Below, piece by piece: positions 32,655 through 41,647 of a DNA stretch of 57,772 nucleotides; within the stretch, counting starts at the first letter, position 1, and each line of letters begins with the position of its first letter. Position numbers and translations under genes: made by a program. The notes beneath the pieces were generated by a model, which did not search any database, was not told the origin of the DNA, and worked only from the letters and a program-made list of their open reading frames with translations. The stretch lies in the IMG/VR virus record IMGVR_UViG_3300032315_000416, positions 1 to 57,772 of that record; one strand, given 5' to 3'. The stretch comes from a virus. Taxonomy: Duplodnaviria > Caudoviricetes.

Positions 32655-33053
32655 TTATTGTTTTAAATCGCCAGATTTGCCGGCGGTTGTCGAGTCTGTT
32701 TTATTCTGAGTAAGGAATATTGAATCTCTAGCAGTATTGTTTGGCATCCGTACAAGCTCTCCTACCGGGCTATCAATTGGGCCCTCTGGGGCTTGCGCTG
32801 TAACAACTTGCTGACCACTTATTGGGCCTGTTGCAATATCCGTGTCTGGGCGCGGGAAGCGCAACGAAATATTCTCGGTCTGACGTGCAGGAAGACGCCA
32901 TGGATCATAATTATCTAAATCAACCTTGCATACGCGCATACCCGGAAAGTTTGGGTCGGGCTGTAGATCTGTATAGGCGAACTTACGTCTGCAGCGATCA
33001 CAGATCGCCACAGACAGAACACTATTACCTCGCGTATCAAGGTAGACTGGCAT
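32655..33053 (-). CDS. Hypothetical head-associated protein with a Cys motif
   Basis: AICDRC...GMRVC...D motif followed by RFPRPD. Confidence 0.7.
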   Translation of the reverse strand: MPVYLDTRGNSVLSVAICDRCRRKFAYTDLQPDPNFPGMRVCKVDLDNYDPWRLPARQTENISLRFPRPDTDIATGPISGQQVVTAQAPEGPIDSPVGELVRMPNNTARDSIFLTQNKTDSTTAGKSGDLKQ

Positions 33054-33055
33054 AA

Positions 33056-33841
33056 TTACGGAGTCTGACTATCGTTCTTGATTAAGTAACCACCAACGTA
33101 ACAGTTTTGTCTTGCCCCAGCGCCGCCAGAGCCTTGGAACTGAAATTCAAAGTCGGTCTTTTCAGTAAGCGCAAATGGCACACCGTAATTTACAGTAAGG
33201 TTGTTTAAGTAAGTAGCTTGACCAGAAACTAACACCACACCAGATGGGTTTTGTGTTGTTCTTAGGCGTGTGTTCATAAACGCGCCAGATGTTGTCGTCG
33301 TGTTACCATCGCCTTGAAAATAAGTGATGTACAATGTATATCCCGCTGGCACGGTATAGACAGACATTTGAGTCTGGCCTATGCCTGCGTTTACTTGAGC
33401 AATAACTGTAGCGCCACGGGTAAACGTAACATTACCTACCGCATTACCTGCGGTTGTTGTTACATTGTTAATACGCAAAAACGATTGTGTGGTTACAACT
33501 GCAGTTGTGCCGTTTAACGCAACAGACTCAGTAATTGGCGTAAAACTTGCATTTAAACCACTAATTAACATAGTTACTGCGGTGTCGCTTGCAGATGCGC
33601 TAACTACAGAAATGGTGCCTGCAGATCCTGGAAATGGATAGTTACCGCCAGAGCCTGTCAGACCTTCCCAAAGTGGGCCCATTGCTGTAGAGCCAACAAC
33701 AGTGCTGTAGCCGAACAGGTCAATATGGTCGTGGCCCATGATCTGATTACGAGCTACTTGCAAGTCAAAGGGTTCGTAAGCGCCTTGAACGGTTACGGAA
33801 TGAGGGGGTGCTACAAATGTGTTTGAAGGCGTTCCGGCCAT
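33056..33841 (-). CDS. Putative structural protein
   Basis: Beta-rich, with QTQMSVYTVPAGYT and EKTD motifs; downstream of the capsid gene. Confidence 0.65.
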   Translation of the reverse strand: MAGTPSNTFVAPPHSVTVQGAYEPFDLQVARNQIMGHDHIDLFGYSTVVGSTAMGPLWEGLTGSGGNYPFPGSAGTISVVSASASDTAVTMLISGLNASFTPITESVALNGTTAVVTTQSFLRINNVTTTAGNAVGNVTFTRGATVIAQVNAGIGQTQMSVYTVPAGYTLYITYFQGDGNTTTTSGAFMNTRLRTTQNPSGVVLVSGQATYLNNLTVNYGVPFALTEKTDFEFQFQGSGGAGARQNCYVGGYLIKNDSQTP

Positions 33842-33857
33842 GATTTCTCCTAGATGG

Positions 33858-33880
33858 TGAAAGAGGCGGGTTTCCCCGCC
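33858..33880 (-). terminator. Hairpin, possible weak intrinsic terminator
   Basis: GGCGGG-GAAA-CCCGCC followed by TCTTTC. Confidence 0.45.
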
Positions 33881-33887
33881 ATCTTAA

Positions 33888-34460
33888 TTAGTTATTTGTA
33901 TAACCAGAACCGTAGGCAATGATCGAACCGTCAGCGTTACGTGCTGTGTAGTTAACATCTAATGTGCCACCCAAAGAACCGCTTGTCAATACGGACACTG
34001 CTGCTGCAGAAAATGTCAATGTGGCGTCAAGTGGGCCAATGTTAGCAATAATAGCGGCAACGGCTGCACTAGCGGTAAACACACCAGCGATACGGCCACC
34101 GGCTGCTGTTGGGGTGATTGTACCAAGGGCGGTAGTAGTTACAACGCCAGTTGTTGGGTTGGTAATGCTGATAGACATAGTGATCACGCCACCAGTTAAA
34201 CCAACAGGAACTGTAGTTTGATAAAGAGAAAATGTCTCGATAATAGAGCCAGCTGGCAGTACAAAGGGAACTGCTGTGGTTGTGCCGACAGGGGCGGTTG
34301 TTAACGTAGTAGCTCCAGCGGTTACGGCCGTAATTGGGTTTAAAATTACGTCCTGCTGACTAATACGAACCGCGCCAGTGTTATCTGGGGCGATTGTGCC
34401 GTCGTTAGTTGGGTTGTTGCGCTTGAATACGCGAATGGGGGTTGTAAATGTGCTAGACAT
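33888..34460 (-). CDS. Putative capsid decoration/structural protein
   Basis: STFT.PIR N-terminus and LPAGS.I motif; T/A/V-rich. Confidence 0.65.
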   Translation of the reverse strand: MSSTFTTPIRVFKRNNPTNDGTIAPDNTGAVRISQQDVILNPITAVTAGATTLTTAPVGTTTAVPFVLPAGSIIETFSLYQTTVPVGLTGGVITMSISITNPTTGVVTTTALGTITPTAAGGRIAGVFTASAAVAAIIANIGPLDATLTFSAAAVSVLTSGSLGGTLDVNYTARNADGSIIAYGSGYTNN

Positions 34461-34555
34461 GTTGATTCCTTATCTCAGTGGGTATCCCAAACTGTCTCTG
34501 AGGCGTCTTGCCGGGAAGTGTCGGCAGTCAGAATGGGATTAATCTTCCTATACCT

Positions 34556-34585
34556 ACTAATGCAAAAAAGCGGATTAATCCGCCC
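34556..34585 (-). promoter_or_regulatory. Late promoter-like element 4
   Basis: GGGCG-N16-TGCATTAGT; internal hairpin GCGGA-TTAA-TCCGC followed by T6. Confidence 0.8.
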
Positions 34586-34590
34586 CTATA

Positions 34591-34623
34591 AAACAAAAAA
34601 CCCCAGGTTTTTAGCCTGAGGTT
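34591..34623 (-). terminator. Intrinsic terminator after the major capsid gene
   Basis: AACCTCAGG-CTAAAAA-CCTGGGGTT followed by TTTTGTTT. Confidence 0.75.
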
Positions 34624-34649
34624 CCAAATACCCTTGTGGGGTTGTTTGT

Positions 34650-35567
34650 TTAGACGCCTGGTGTACCATAAATGTTACGGGCATCGTGCCAGCCTGTTGC
34701 ATAGCGCTCAGTTGCCTTATAGCGCATGCTGTCTGTCTCGAAATCGCCTTCCATGGATTTCTCCATTGGACGACGCATAACGAGCATCAAGCCGTTTTCT
34801 GCATCAGTCTGTACCCACCAAGCCTTAGATGAGCTCAAACGAGTAACAACGTGTGTGCCTTTTGGCAACATACCTGTTGACTTGATTGGGTTCAAATCGT
34901 TGTCGGCTGTACCAGAACGGAGAACAGACTTGAGGATAACCTCTGCCTGGAACTCGAGTGCTGGGGGAACAACCAACTGCTCGGCCTTGAGACGAATACG
35001 CTTACCATTGTTGTCAATGGCGCTGCGGATCTGAATCAAGATTTGCTCAACGGAAGTTTGGCTTAACGAAGCTGCTGTTGATAAACGGTTTGAGTATGTC
35101 AAGCCGTTAGCTACAGGGTGTGCTGTGTTAACCAAAGTTACGCCGTCGCCGCCTACATAACCAGCTGTGAACGCGAAGTTCAGCAAGTTGGCGCAGAGGG
35201 TTTCCTTGGTTTCAATCATAGATTGAGCCAAGTGCTTAGCGAAGGTGCTGCCGATACGAATGTGATCGCCATCTTCCATCAAAACTTTGGTCAAGGCATA
35301 AGCCAAGCCATAGATCTGATAAATGAAGCGGGTGATGTACAATGTACCACCCTGATCGTAGCTAACTGGAGTGCCGTCAGGCATCGCAGGAGCTGCATTC
35401 ATACCATAAAGCATTACTTCTTCGTGGTAGTTACGTGGAATACCTTGGCATTGTTCTACAAAGCCTTTCCACTCATCGGCGCGTTGTTCATAAACGCCAT
35501 CAAAGACTTCGTTGATAATCGGTTCGACTACCGCACGAAAGTCGGTACTACGCATTGGGGTTGCCAT
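34650..35567 (-). CDS. Major capsid protein
   Basis: 305 aa; GGDGV.L....HP, LVVPP.LEF and DFET.SMRYKATERY..GW motifs; biased codon usage; follows scaffold and decoration genes. Confidence 0.9.
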   Translation of the reverse strand: MATPMRSTDFRAVVEPIINEVFDGVYEQRADEWKGFVEQCQGIPRNYHEEVMLYGMNAAPAMPDGTPVSYDQGGTLYITRFIYQIYGLAYALTKVLMEDGDHIRIGSTFAKHLAQSMIETKETLCANLLNFAFTAGYVGGDGVTLVNTAHPVANGLTYSNRLSTAASLSQTSVEQILIQIRSAIDNNGKRIRLKAEQLVVPPALEFQAEVILKSVLRSGTADNDLNPIKSTGMLPKGTHVVTRLSSSKAWWVQTDAENGLMLVMRRPMEKSMEGDFETDSMRYKATERYATGWHDARNIYGTPGV

Positions 35568-35590
35568 GTTTTAGTCCTTTCTTTCGTTAA

Positions 35591-36253
35591 TTAGGCCGAG
35601 ACCGATGGGGCTACGAGCTGGCTGTTTGCGATCTGAACTTGAATGATGGTGTTTGTGTCACCCCATGCATTAAGTTCGCCTGTTGGGTAAGCAACTTCAC
35701 GACCCAAACCAACGCATTTAACTTGACCCTGACCTGTACCAGCGGTAACAGGAGTGTTAGCTAAAGCTGTGGTTGAGAAACCAGCGCCGCCATTACCGAT
35801 AGCAAAGCCATCAGCAGTGGTGTAGCCAGTTGCAGCCGAGAAGTCAAAGCCTTTACCGATTGCTGTGTTAGCAACAGTACCGACTGCTTGCATTTCATAA
35901 ACCAGTTGTGGATCTGTGAAGAGCCAGAAAATGATTTCTGTAGATGCGTCAAGAGTTGCTTTGGAAGCCCATTTGGATACTGAACGACGACCTTGTGAGT
36001 CAGTAAATTCAACACCGTCAAAAGAGCCGATGAGGCGAGTTGTGGCTGCGCCAGCTAAGGTCAAAGCGCCCGCACTAGTCACTGCTACAGGTGTAAACTG
36101 GTAAAATGCTTGACCAGCTGACAATGTGTAGTTAGCGGAATAGTTTGGAGTTCCAGTGACGAAGGAGTTCGTACCTGCGAAAGGTGTCGAACGATCCAAA
36201 CCACTTGGGTGGAACGCTGGCTTCAGACCAAAGGGTTTTAATGTCGTAGACAT
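35591..36253 (-). CDS. Capsid decoration/cement protein
   Basis: PFGLKP...GSFDGVEFTD..G...DP.LVYEMQA; immediately upstream of the capsid gene. Confidence 0.7.
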   Translation of the reverse strand: MSTTLKPFGLKPAFHPSGLDRSTPFAGTNSFVTGTPNYSANYTLSAGQAFYQFTPVAVTSAGALTLAGAATTRLIGSFDGVEFTDSQGRRSVSKWASKATLDASTEIIFWLFTDPQLVYEMQAVGTVANTAIGKGFDFSAATGYTTADGFAIGNGGAGFSTTALANTPVTAGTGQGQVKCVGLGREVAYPTGELNAWGDTNTIIQVQIANSQLVAPSVSA

Positions 36254-36285
36254 ATGTTTATTTCCTTTGTTATATTTGAAGTATA

Positions 36286-36840
36286 TTAATCAAAACGAAT
36301 GTTGGCATTCGCCTTTGCTTGTTCTTTTTCCATTTCCAGAATACCTTGTTCCATGATTGATCTACCACCTTTGCCTTCTTGAGCTGAGCTCCGAACTTGC
36401 GCGGTAATATTCTGTTGATGAGCTAGCGGATCCTCTAGGTGCATCATACGCATCACTTCTTGGTAAATTTCTTCTGGTAACTTAAATAGAACCATTTCAT
36501 TACAGCTAATACAGCCTTCAAACTTGCCTGAGCTCATTTTGCCTAGTCCTTCAAAGCCTTTTCCTAAATCTGAGGCTTTAACTGGCTCATATCCCAATGC
36601 CACGCGTTTGTCGATACTGTCGTAATTATTTGTAGTGGATAACCAGCACAAATGCATACCCGGAATGATACCTTCCGGAAGGTCAGGCAACGCGCTATTT
36701 TGCCATTTGTCTCTGAACGCCTCTGCACGTTCGCGCTTGCTTTTTGCATCCGGATCTGCTGCTAGCATCCGTTCTTTCGTTTCTTCGACTCGATCTGCTA
36801 AACGATCTTCGATGTCACGTTTTACTCTTGGATTTGCCAT
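36286..36840 (-). CDS. Conserved hypothetical head-assembly protein
   Basis: PG.HLCWL...GYEPV...LFKLP pattern; lies between scaffold and capsid genes. Confidence 0.65.
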   Translation of the reverse strand: MANPRVKRDIEDRLADRVEETKERMLAADPDAKSKRERAEAFRDKWQNSALPDLPEGIIPGMHLCWLSTTNNYDSIDKRVALGYEPVKASDLGKGFEGLGKMSSGKFEGCISCNEMVLFKLPEEIYQEVMRMMHLEDPLAHQQNITAQVRSSAQEGKGGRSIMEQGILEMEKEQAKANANIRFD

Positions 36841-36845
36841 GATAA

Positions 36846-37832
36846 TTAACCTTTATTGTCGCGATCGTATTGTGCATATGCACGGATCATTTTGTTTCGT
36901 TTAGTTACATCGTCCCATGCGCCAGCGTCTTTAATTGCATTTACGCGTTCTCTTGAAAGCGTAATGGTTCCTGGCTTGGAACTTGTTGTGTTTGCTACTC
37001 GGCTAGAGGCTGTTGGGCCTGCTGAGCGTCGTTGGTTATTGCCGCCTTTAGCGGTATAACGGTGTGGCAAACGAGCAGATAAACGATTATCTAATTCATC
37101 CCAATACTCAGGATCAGCTGGATCCCAACCATCAGCGACGAGCTCTTGGTCAACTACTTTGGCAATTCTACTATCGGTATCTCGAGCTTGTGGGTCAAAC
37201 CAAGAATTTTTCCGTAACCAGCCTGTTGCATTTTGCTGTACTTCCGTACTGACTGGGTTTGGAACATTTTGCTTTGGTGACTTCGCAGCTTCGAGCTGTT
37301 GTTTCTTGTAATGCTGTGCTTCATTAAGACGCTGTTTGGCGTCGGTTAATTGATCTAAGTATTCCATTTGAGCAGCAACGTCTCCAGCCTGCGCTGCTTG
37401 TACCATTTTCATTTTGGCGTACTCAACACGGGTGGCTTCATCTTCCACGGCCTTGTCAATCTGCGCAAACTGATAAGATGCTGCCGTATTCTCTACAGCG
37501 GCCAAGCGTTTGGCTAGTTCTTCGTTGCGGCGCTCAAGTGCAGTAATCTTGTGCTTGGCAGAAACTTCACGTTGCTTTTGAAGTTCTTTCTTTAGCTTTC
37601 GCTCTTCTCTGCGCGCCTCGCGAATCTTCTCGCGGTCTTCTTCTGATTCGTCGTCATTGTCTTGGTCATCAGAAGATTGATCTTCGTCTTGCTGATCGTC
37701 TTCACCATCGTCTGATGCTTCTACTTTGACTTCTACTTCGTCATCTTCGATTTGTTCAGGGAGTTCGACGCGGGCAAGTATTGACCCGTCTTCCCGTTCC
37801 TTAATAGGAACATCTTTTTCATTATCTGCCAT
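36846..37832 (-). CDS. Capsid scaffolding protein
   Basis: Acidic N-terminus, coiled coil, W...N.WF and EYWDELD.RL motifs. Confidence 0.75.
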   Translation of the reverse strand: MADNEKDVPIKEREDGSILARVELPEQIEDDEVEVKVEASDDGEDDQQDEDQSSDDQDNDDESEEDREKIREARREERKLKKELQKQREVSAKHKITALERRNEELAKRLAAVENTAASYQFAQIDKAVEDEATRVEYAKMKMVQAAQAGDVAAQMEYLDQLTDAKQRLNEAQHYKKQQLEAAKSPKQNVPNPVSTEVQQNATGWLRKNSWFDPQARDTDSRIAKVVDQELVADGWDPADPEYWDELDNRLSARLPHRYTAKGGNNQRRSAGPTASSRVANTTSSKPGTITLSRERVNAIKDAGAWDDVTKRNKMIRAYAQYDRDNKG

Positions 37833-37850
37833 TCTCTACTTTCTACAAAG

Positions 37851-38291
37851 TTAATCTACGAACGCCTTCATGCGCTGTGCTGCCTCGAATGACTTGATCT
37901 TAGAGATCACCTCACGCGCCTGTAGTGTAATAAATACCACTGGAGCGCCATCATCTTCTGGCTGCACTACAAACCGATCGCCGCCGTACTTAATTGTACG
38001 AACTAAGTCACCAACTTTACACCAAGGACCTTCTATCCAAGGAGTTAGGTCTTCTGGGCTTTTGTATGCCAAGGGACCGATGCTGATTACTTTAGCTACC
38101 GTTTCATTAAAGCGTAGTGTTTGTCTGGTTTCCTCTACAAGAAGGATACCGCCTTTACTTGTGATCTTTTCACGGCGCAATTGCACCAATACTCGGTCCC
38201 CAAGAATTTCAACCCCTGGATCTATTTCTGGAAAGCATTCCTGCTCGCTACGTAGATCTGGTTCGTCCTGCTGTTTAAAATCAATCGCCAT
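37851..38291 (-). CDS. groES: GroES-like co-chaperonin
   Basis: LGDRVLVQ, SKGGILL, VISIGPLAY, WCKVGD.V...KYGG. Confidence 0.9.
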   Translation of the reverse strand: MAIDFKQQDEPDLRSEQECFPEIDPGVEILGDRVLVQLRREKITSKGGILLVEETRQTLRFNETVAKVISIGPLAYKSPEDLTPWIEGPWCKVGDLVRTIKYGGDRFVVQPEDDGAPVVFITLQAREVISKIKSFEAAQRMKAFVD

Positions 38292-38304
38292 CCGGCAATC
38301 CTCT

Positions 38305-38496
38305 CTATGTTTCTTCGTCGTCTTCTGTCAAAATTTCATTAATCATGTCTAAAACAATTGTGAATCCCTCATATCGCCCAACGAGGCGCTGGTAGTCTTC
38401 AAATGTATTTACATTCATGCCCGCGGTGACATTGTCCGCTAGGTTGCTACGCTCAGTCTTTACACGACCGATAATTTCGCTTATAAAGTCCTTCAT
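38305..38496 (-). CDS. Small hypothetical head-region protein (63 aa)
   Basis: FEDYQRLVG...G motif; its ATG lies 6 nt after promoter element 5. Confidence 0.75.
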   Translation of the reverse strand: MKDFISEIIGRVKTERSNLADNVTAGMNVNTFEDYQRLVGRYEGFTIVLDMINEILTEDDEET

Positions 38497-38502
38497 AATC
38501 TT

Positions 38503-38532
38503 ACTAATGCAAAAAGGCGGACGATTCCGCCC
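38503..38532 (-). promoter_or_regulatory. Late promoter-like element 5
   Basis: GGGCG-N16-TGCATTAGT; hairpin GGCGGA-ATCG-TCCGCC followed by T5. Confidence 0.8.
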
Positions 38533-38538
38533 CAAACA

Positions 38539-38748
38539 TTAATAAAAATTACCGCCGCCAATGTCTTTGAGGTTTTTATCTGGACCTACTTTGCTTGAGC
38601 GAACGTTCTTTTTGTTTGCTGGTGCATTGTTTGCGCGCTTGGAACCGGATGGTCCTGCGTCTACTGTTTTGTCACCAGGGCCGCCGCCGCTGGATAACTT
38701 ACCAGTTTCTTGATATGTTTGACGAAAGCCTTGTAAATTTTCAGCCAT
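38539..38748 (-). CDS. Small basic hypothetical protein (69 aa)
   Basis: Coupled to the portal stop codon. Confidence 0.65.
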   Translation of the reverse strand: MAENLQGFRQTYQETGKLSSGGGPGDKTVDAGPSGSKRANNAPANKKNVRSSKVGPDKNLKDIGGGNFY

Positions 38749-41579
38749 TATATTGCTCCTGTTGGGGGTGTTGTTGGTGGTACGGGTGCTGCTGGTTCTG
38801 GTACTGCTTGTTGTTGCGCCATTTGCTGCTCGTATTGCTGGTTTGCTAATAGCGCTTGCTTTTCCAGCTCAAGTTGATGGTTTTGTTGCGCTGCCTGCGC
38901 TTGAAACGCCTGCTGTTCCATCGTAATTCCATGCTGGCGAATGTCTTGTTCCGCCGCCTTAGTAGCCTCAATTGCCGACAAGTTCTGCTCATGAACGAGC
39001 TGGGCTTGTTGCGCGTCTAACTGCGCACCAGCTTGGATCATGGCAACACGCTCTTTGGCTGCATTGTTAATGTTAGCCAGTGCAATGTCTTTAGCGTTCT
39101 GTTGCTGGTCAATGTCAGACTGCGTTTGATACTTAGCAACCAGTTCTTGCACATCGCGCTGCAAGTCAGCAATACGCAACTCGTAGTCTTGCTGCGAACG
39201 TTGCAGTTCAGCTGCCATCTTGGCTTGTGACTCTTTAGCCTTACGTTCTGTTTCAGCCATCTGAGTTTTAAGAATAACCTGCGCCGTAGGATCTGCCAAT
39301 GCTGCGGCCTCTTGACGTTGCTGGGTAGCCTGTTGTACTTTTTGTGCCAGTTGCTGGATTTCTTGAACAAACGGTTGCAACTCTTGCTGCGAGTCTTGCG
39401 CAACGAGGCTGGATGCTAACGCCAACGCTTGCTGGGCTTCTTGATCCAGTGGTTTCTCTTGATGCAGTTCCAATGTATCGCGTCCACCAGCTGCCTGCGC
39501 CACATACGAGCGCATGGACTGCAGATAGTGCAATGTCAAGTGCTGCTTAATGTGCTCTAACGCATGGGGTGCAAACATAGGACCGATTACTGGATTGCCG
39601 CCGTATGCTGGGTTCTTAGCGTACTCGAGGTGAATCTTTAAGTGCGCGATGTGGTCTTGGTCTGGGTACGCAGCAGCAGGACGACCCATGGTCATTGATA
39701 CGTTCTCAAGCGCTGGGTTCGATTCTTTAGCACCCATTGGGTTTGGCAGAATCTCATCTACGTTTGGCACTTTAAGCTGTGTCAATACTCTACGGTACAC
39801 GCCGCGGATGTCAAACATTCCAGGGGGTGCCGATGTGGCCATCTGTAACAGAGCTTGGTTTTGTGCAACCCGCTGTGTCTCAGAGAAAATATTAGGATCG
39901 GATACTGGGCAGACATCATTGTTGTACGCAAAGTCGCGTACCTTGATTTCTTGGCCGGACTGGTTGTCCATCTCTTCCAAGTACCAATGGTTGAGGCGCG
40001 AAACAATCTTAAGCGACTTAGCTTGGCTACGATGCAGGCGTGCATGAATGGCGGAGAACACCTTAGCACCTTGCTCAATCAGAGCTTGCGCTGTGCCCAC
40101 TGGCATGTTGTTGTTTGCTTCGCCAATCTTTTCTTCGGCTGTGCTAACCACACCCTTAGCCGCAGTAGTAAGCCAGCCCATCAGCTCCAACAACACGCCA
40201 GACGGCGGATTGAACGGCATGGGCATCGCAATCTTACGTACGTCGTCTACGCCGGGCGCGCCTTCGATCTCAATTACTTGGGTCGGTTCGATCCTGTCAC
40301 TCTGACCACCAATGCGTCCGCCTTTGAGCTTAAGCATTGTCTGAGAGTTGTTAATATGCGCGGCGTCAAGTAGCGCACGAAGAGAACCAGTAAGAGCAGC
40401 TGATAAACCGCCGATAAGATGGGGGAGACCAATAGCGTATGCACCGCGCCAAGGAATGAATTTAAATTCAACATACCACTCCAGTTTTTCCATTTTGTCA
40501 TCATTAGCTTCCCAGTTACGGTACAGCGCTAGCACTTTGCCTGATGACTCATCGATGGTTAAAATATACGGCGCTCTTGCACCTTCAGAAATATCATCCT
40601 CATCCATGCGCATGTAGCATGTAATCTCATACACACGGCGCAGACCGTCGATGTTTTTACCAGATGACTGACGGCCTTCAATCTTGTTGTTGGCCTTTTC
40701 TGACTGAGTCATGTCATCGATCGGAGCATCGGACGTAATGTTGTCTTCGATGTCGCGGTAGATGCCCTGCTCAATACGTTGCTGGTAGATGTCTTCCGTT
40801 ATGTCTTGCACTTCTGTGATGCGTGCAGAAGTGTAGAAGTTGGTTGTTGCGTAAGGGAGTAGGATACTGTCAATCGGGATCCACTCACAGATCGGACGCT
40901 TTTGTTCTTGATCAAAACGCCATTTGAGGTACTGCGATCCACCGAGGGGTAGCTGAGTGAGCAGTTGCTCCATCTCGTCACGGTACTCTTGGACCTGCTC
41001 GGTGAGCTGCCAGTTAAGAAAACTAACCTTACGGTCTGCGGTTTCTTGTTTGACGCGGTCTACTTCGCCACGGATGTTGGACTTAACCAAACCATCGGGT
41101 GGCAGTAGTTCTTTGGCAGACGACGACGCAAAGTCAACGCACGCCTCAGCCATAATAGGGTGGACGACTTTAGAAGCCCCATCGAATGTCGCGCCTCCAG
41201 GTGCGTCCTTACCTAAGCCAGTTCTACGAAGACCTTCTTCGTATTGCTTGTCTCGCTCTTTACGGGCTTCTTTATCTTCATCAATCAGATCAAGATAGTC
41301 GCTTGCCAACGTATCTAAAAACCCTTCGTCCAGTGTCTCGGCTAGGTTTTCATAAAACTCGGGATCCTTGAGCGGACCCTTTTTGTCTTGGAAGTTAATA
41401 ATAACGGAACCATCATCGAGCTCTACCACTTCTTGCTCGACTTCAGAGGGGTCTAAACCCAAAACTTCCTCGTAATGGTCCATCTCGGCTTCTTGCTCAG
41501 CCGCTAACTTAACGTCCTCTTCCCGATCTAAGCTAGGTAGATTACTGCCGGTCTGCATTGGTAGTTGGGGTTGTGCCAT
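38748..41579 (-). CDS. Portal protein with long Gln-rich C-terminal coiled coil
   Basis: GAS.VVHP..AEA, LPL.GS and FIPW.G.YAIGL.HLIGGL motifs; directly after terminase. Confidence 0.9.
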   Translation of the reverse strand: MAQPQLPMQTGSNLPSLDREEDVKLAAEQEAEMDHYEEVLGLDPSEVEQEVVELDDGSVIINFQDKKGPLKDPEFYENLAETLDEGFLDTLASDYLDLIDEDKEARKERDKQYEEGLRRTGLGKDAPGGATFDGASKVVHPIMAEACVDFASSSAKELLPPDGLVKSNIRGEVDRVKQETADRKVSFLNWQLTEQVQEYRDEMEQLLTQLPLGGSQYLKWRFDQEQKRPICEWIPIDSILLPYATTNFYTSARITEVQDITEDIYQQRIEQGIYRDIEDNITSDAPIDDMTQSEKANNKIEGRQSSGKNIDGLRRVYEITCYMRMDEDDISEGARAPYILTIDESSGKVLALYRNWEANDDKMEKLEWYVEFKFIPWRGAYAIGLPHLIGGLSAALTGSLRALLDAAHINNSQTMLKLKGGRIGGQSDRIEPTQVIEIEGAPGVDDVRKIAMPMPFNPPSGVLLELMGWLTTAAKGVVSTAEEKIGEANNNMPVGTAQALIEQGAKVFSAIHARLHRSQAKSLKIVSRLNHWYLEEMDNQSGQEIKVRDFAYNNDVCPVSDPNIFSETQRVAQNQALLQMATSAPPGMFDIRGVYRRVLTQLKVPNVDEILPNPMGAKESNPALENVSMTMGRPAAAYPDQDHIAHLKIHLEYAKNPAYGGNPVIGPMFAPHALEHIKQHLTLHYLQSMRSYVAQAAGGRDTLELHQEKPLDQEAQQALALASSLVAQDSQQELQPFVQEIQQLAQKVQQATQQRQEAAALADPTAQVILKTQMAETERKAKESQAKMAAELQRSQQDYELRIADLQRDVQELVAKYQTQSDIDQQQNAKDIALANINNAAKERVAMIQAGAQLDAQQAQLVHEQNLSAIEATKAAEQDIRQHGITMEQQAFQAQAAQQNHQLELEKQALLANQQYEQQMAQQQAVPEPAAPVPPTTPPTGAI

Positions 41580-41617
41580 ATGTCTCTGAATTTGGTGGAT
41601 GTATTTGTCCTATACCT

Positions 41618-41647
41618 ACTAATGCAAAAAGGAATGCCTTTCCGCCC
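41618..41647 (-). promoter_or_regulatory. Late promoter-like element 6
   Basis: GGGCG-N16-TGCATTAGT upstream of the portal gene. Confidence 0.8.

Noticed and set aside
34461-34550. Hammerhead ribozyme or known riboswitch
   Set aside because: CUGA is present but the CUGANGA/GAAA core is not, and no known aptamer was recognised; kept only as an unassigned structured leader.
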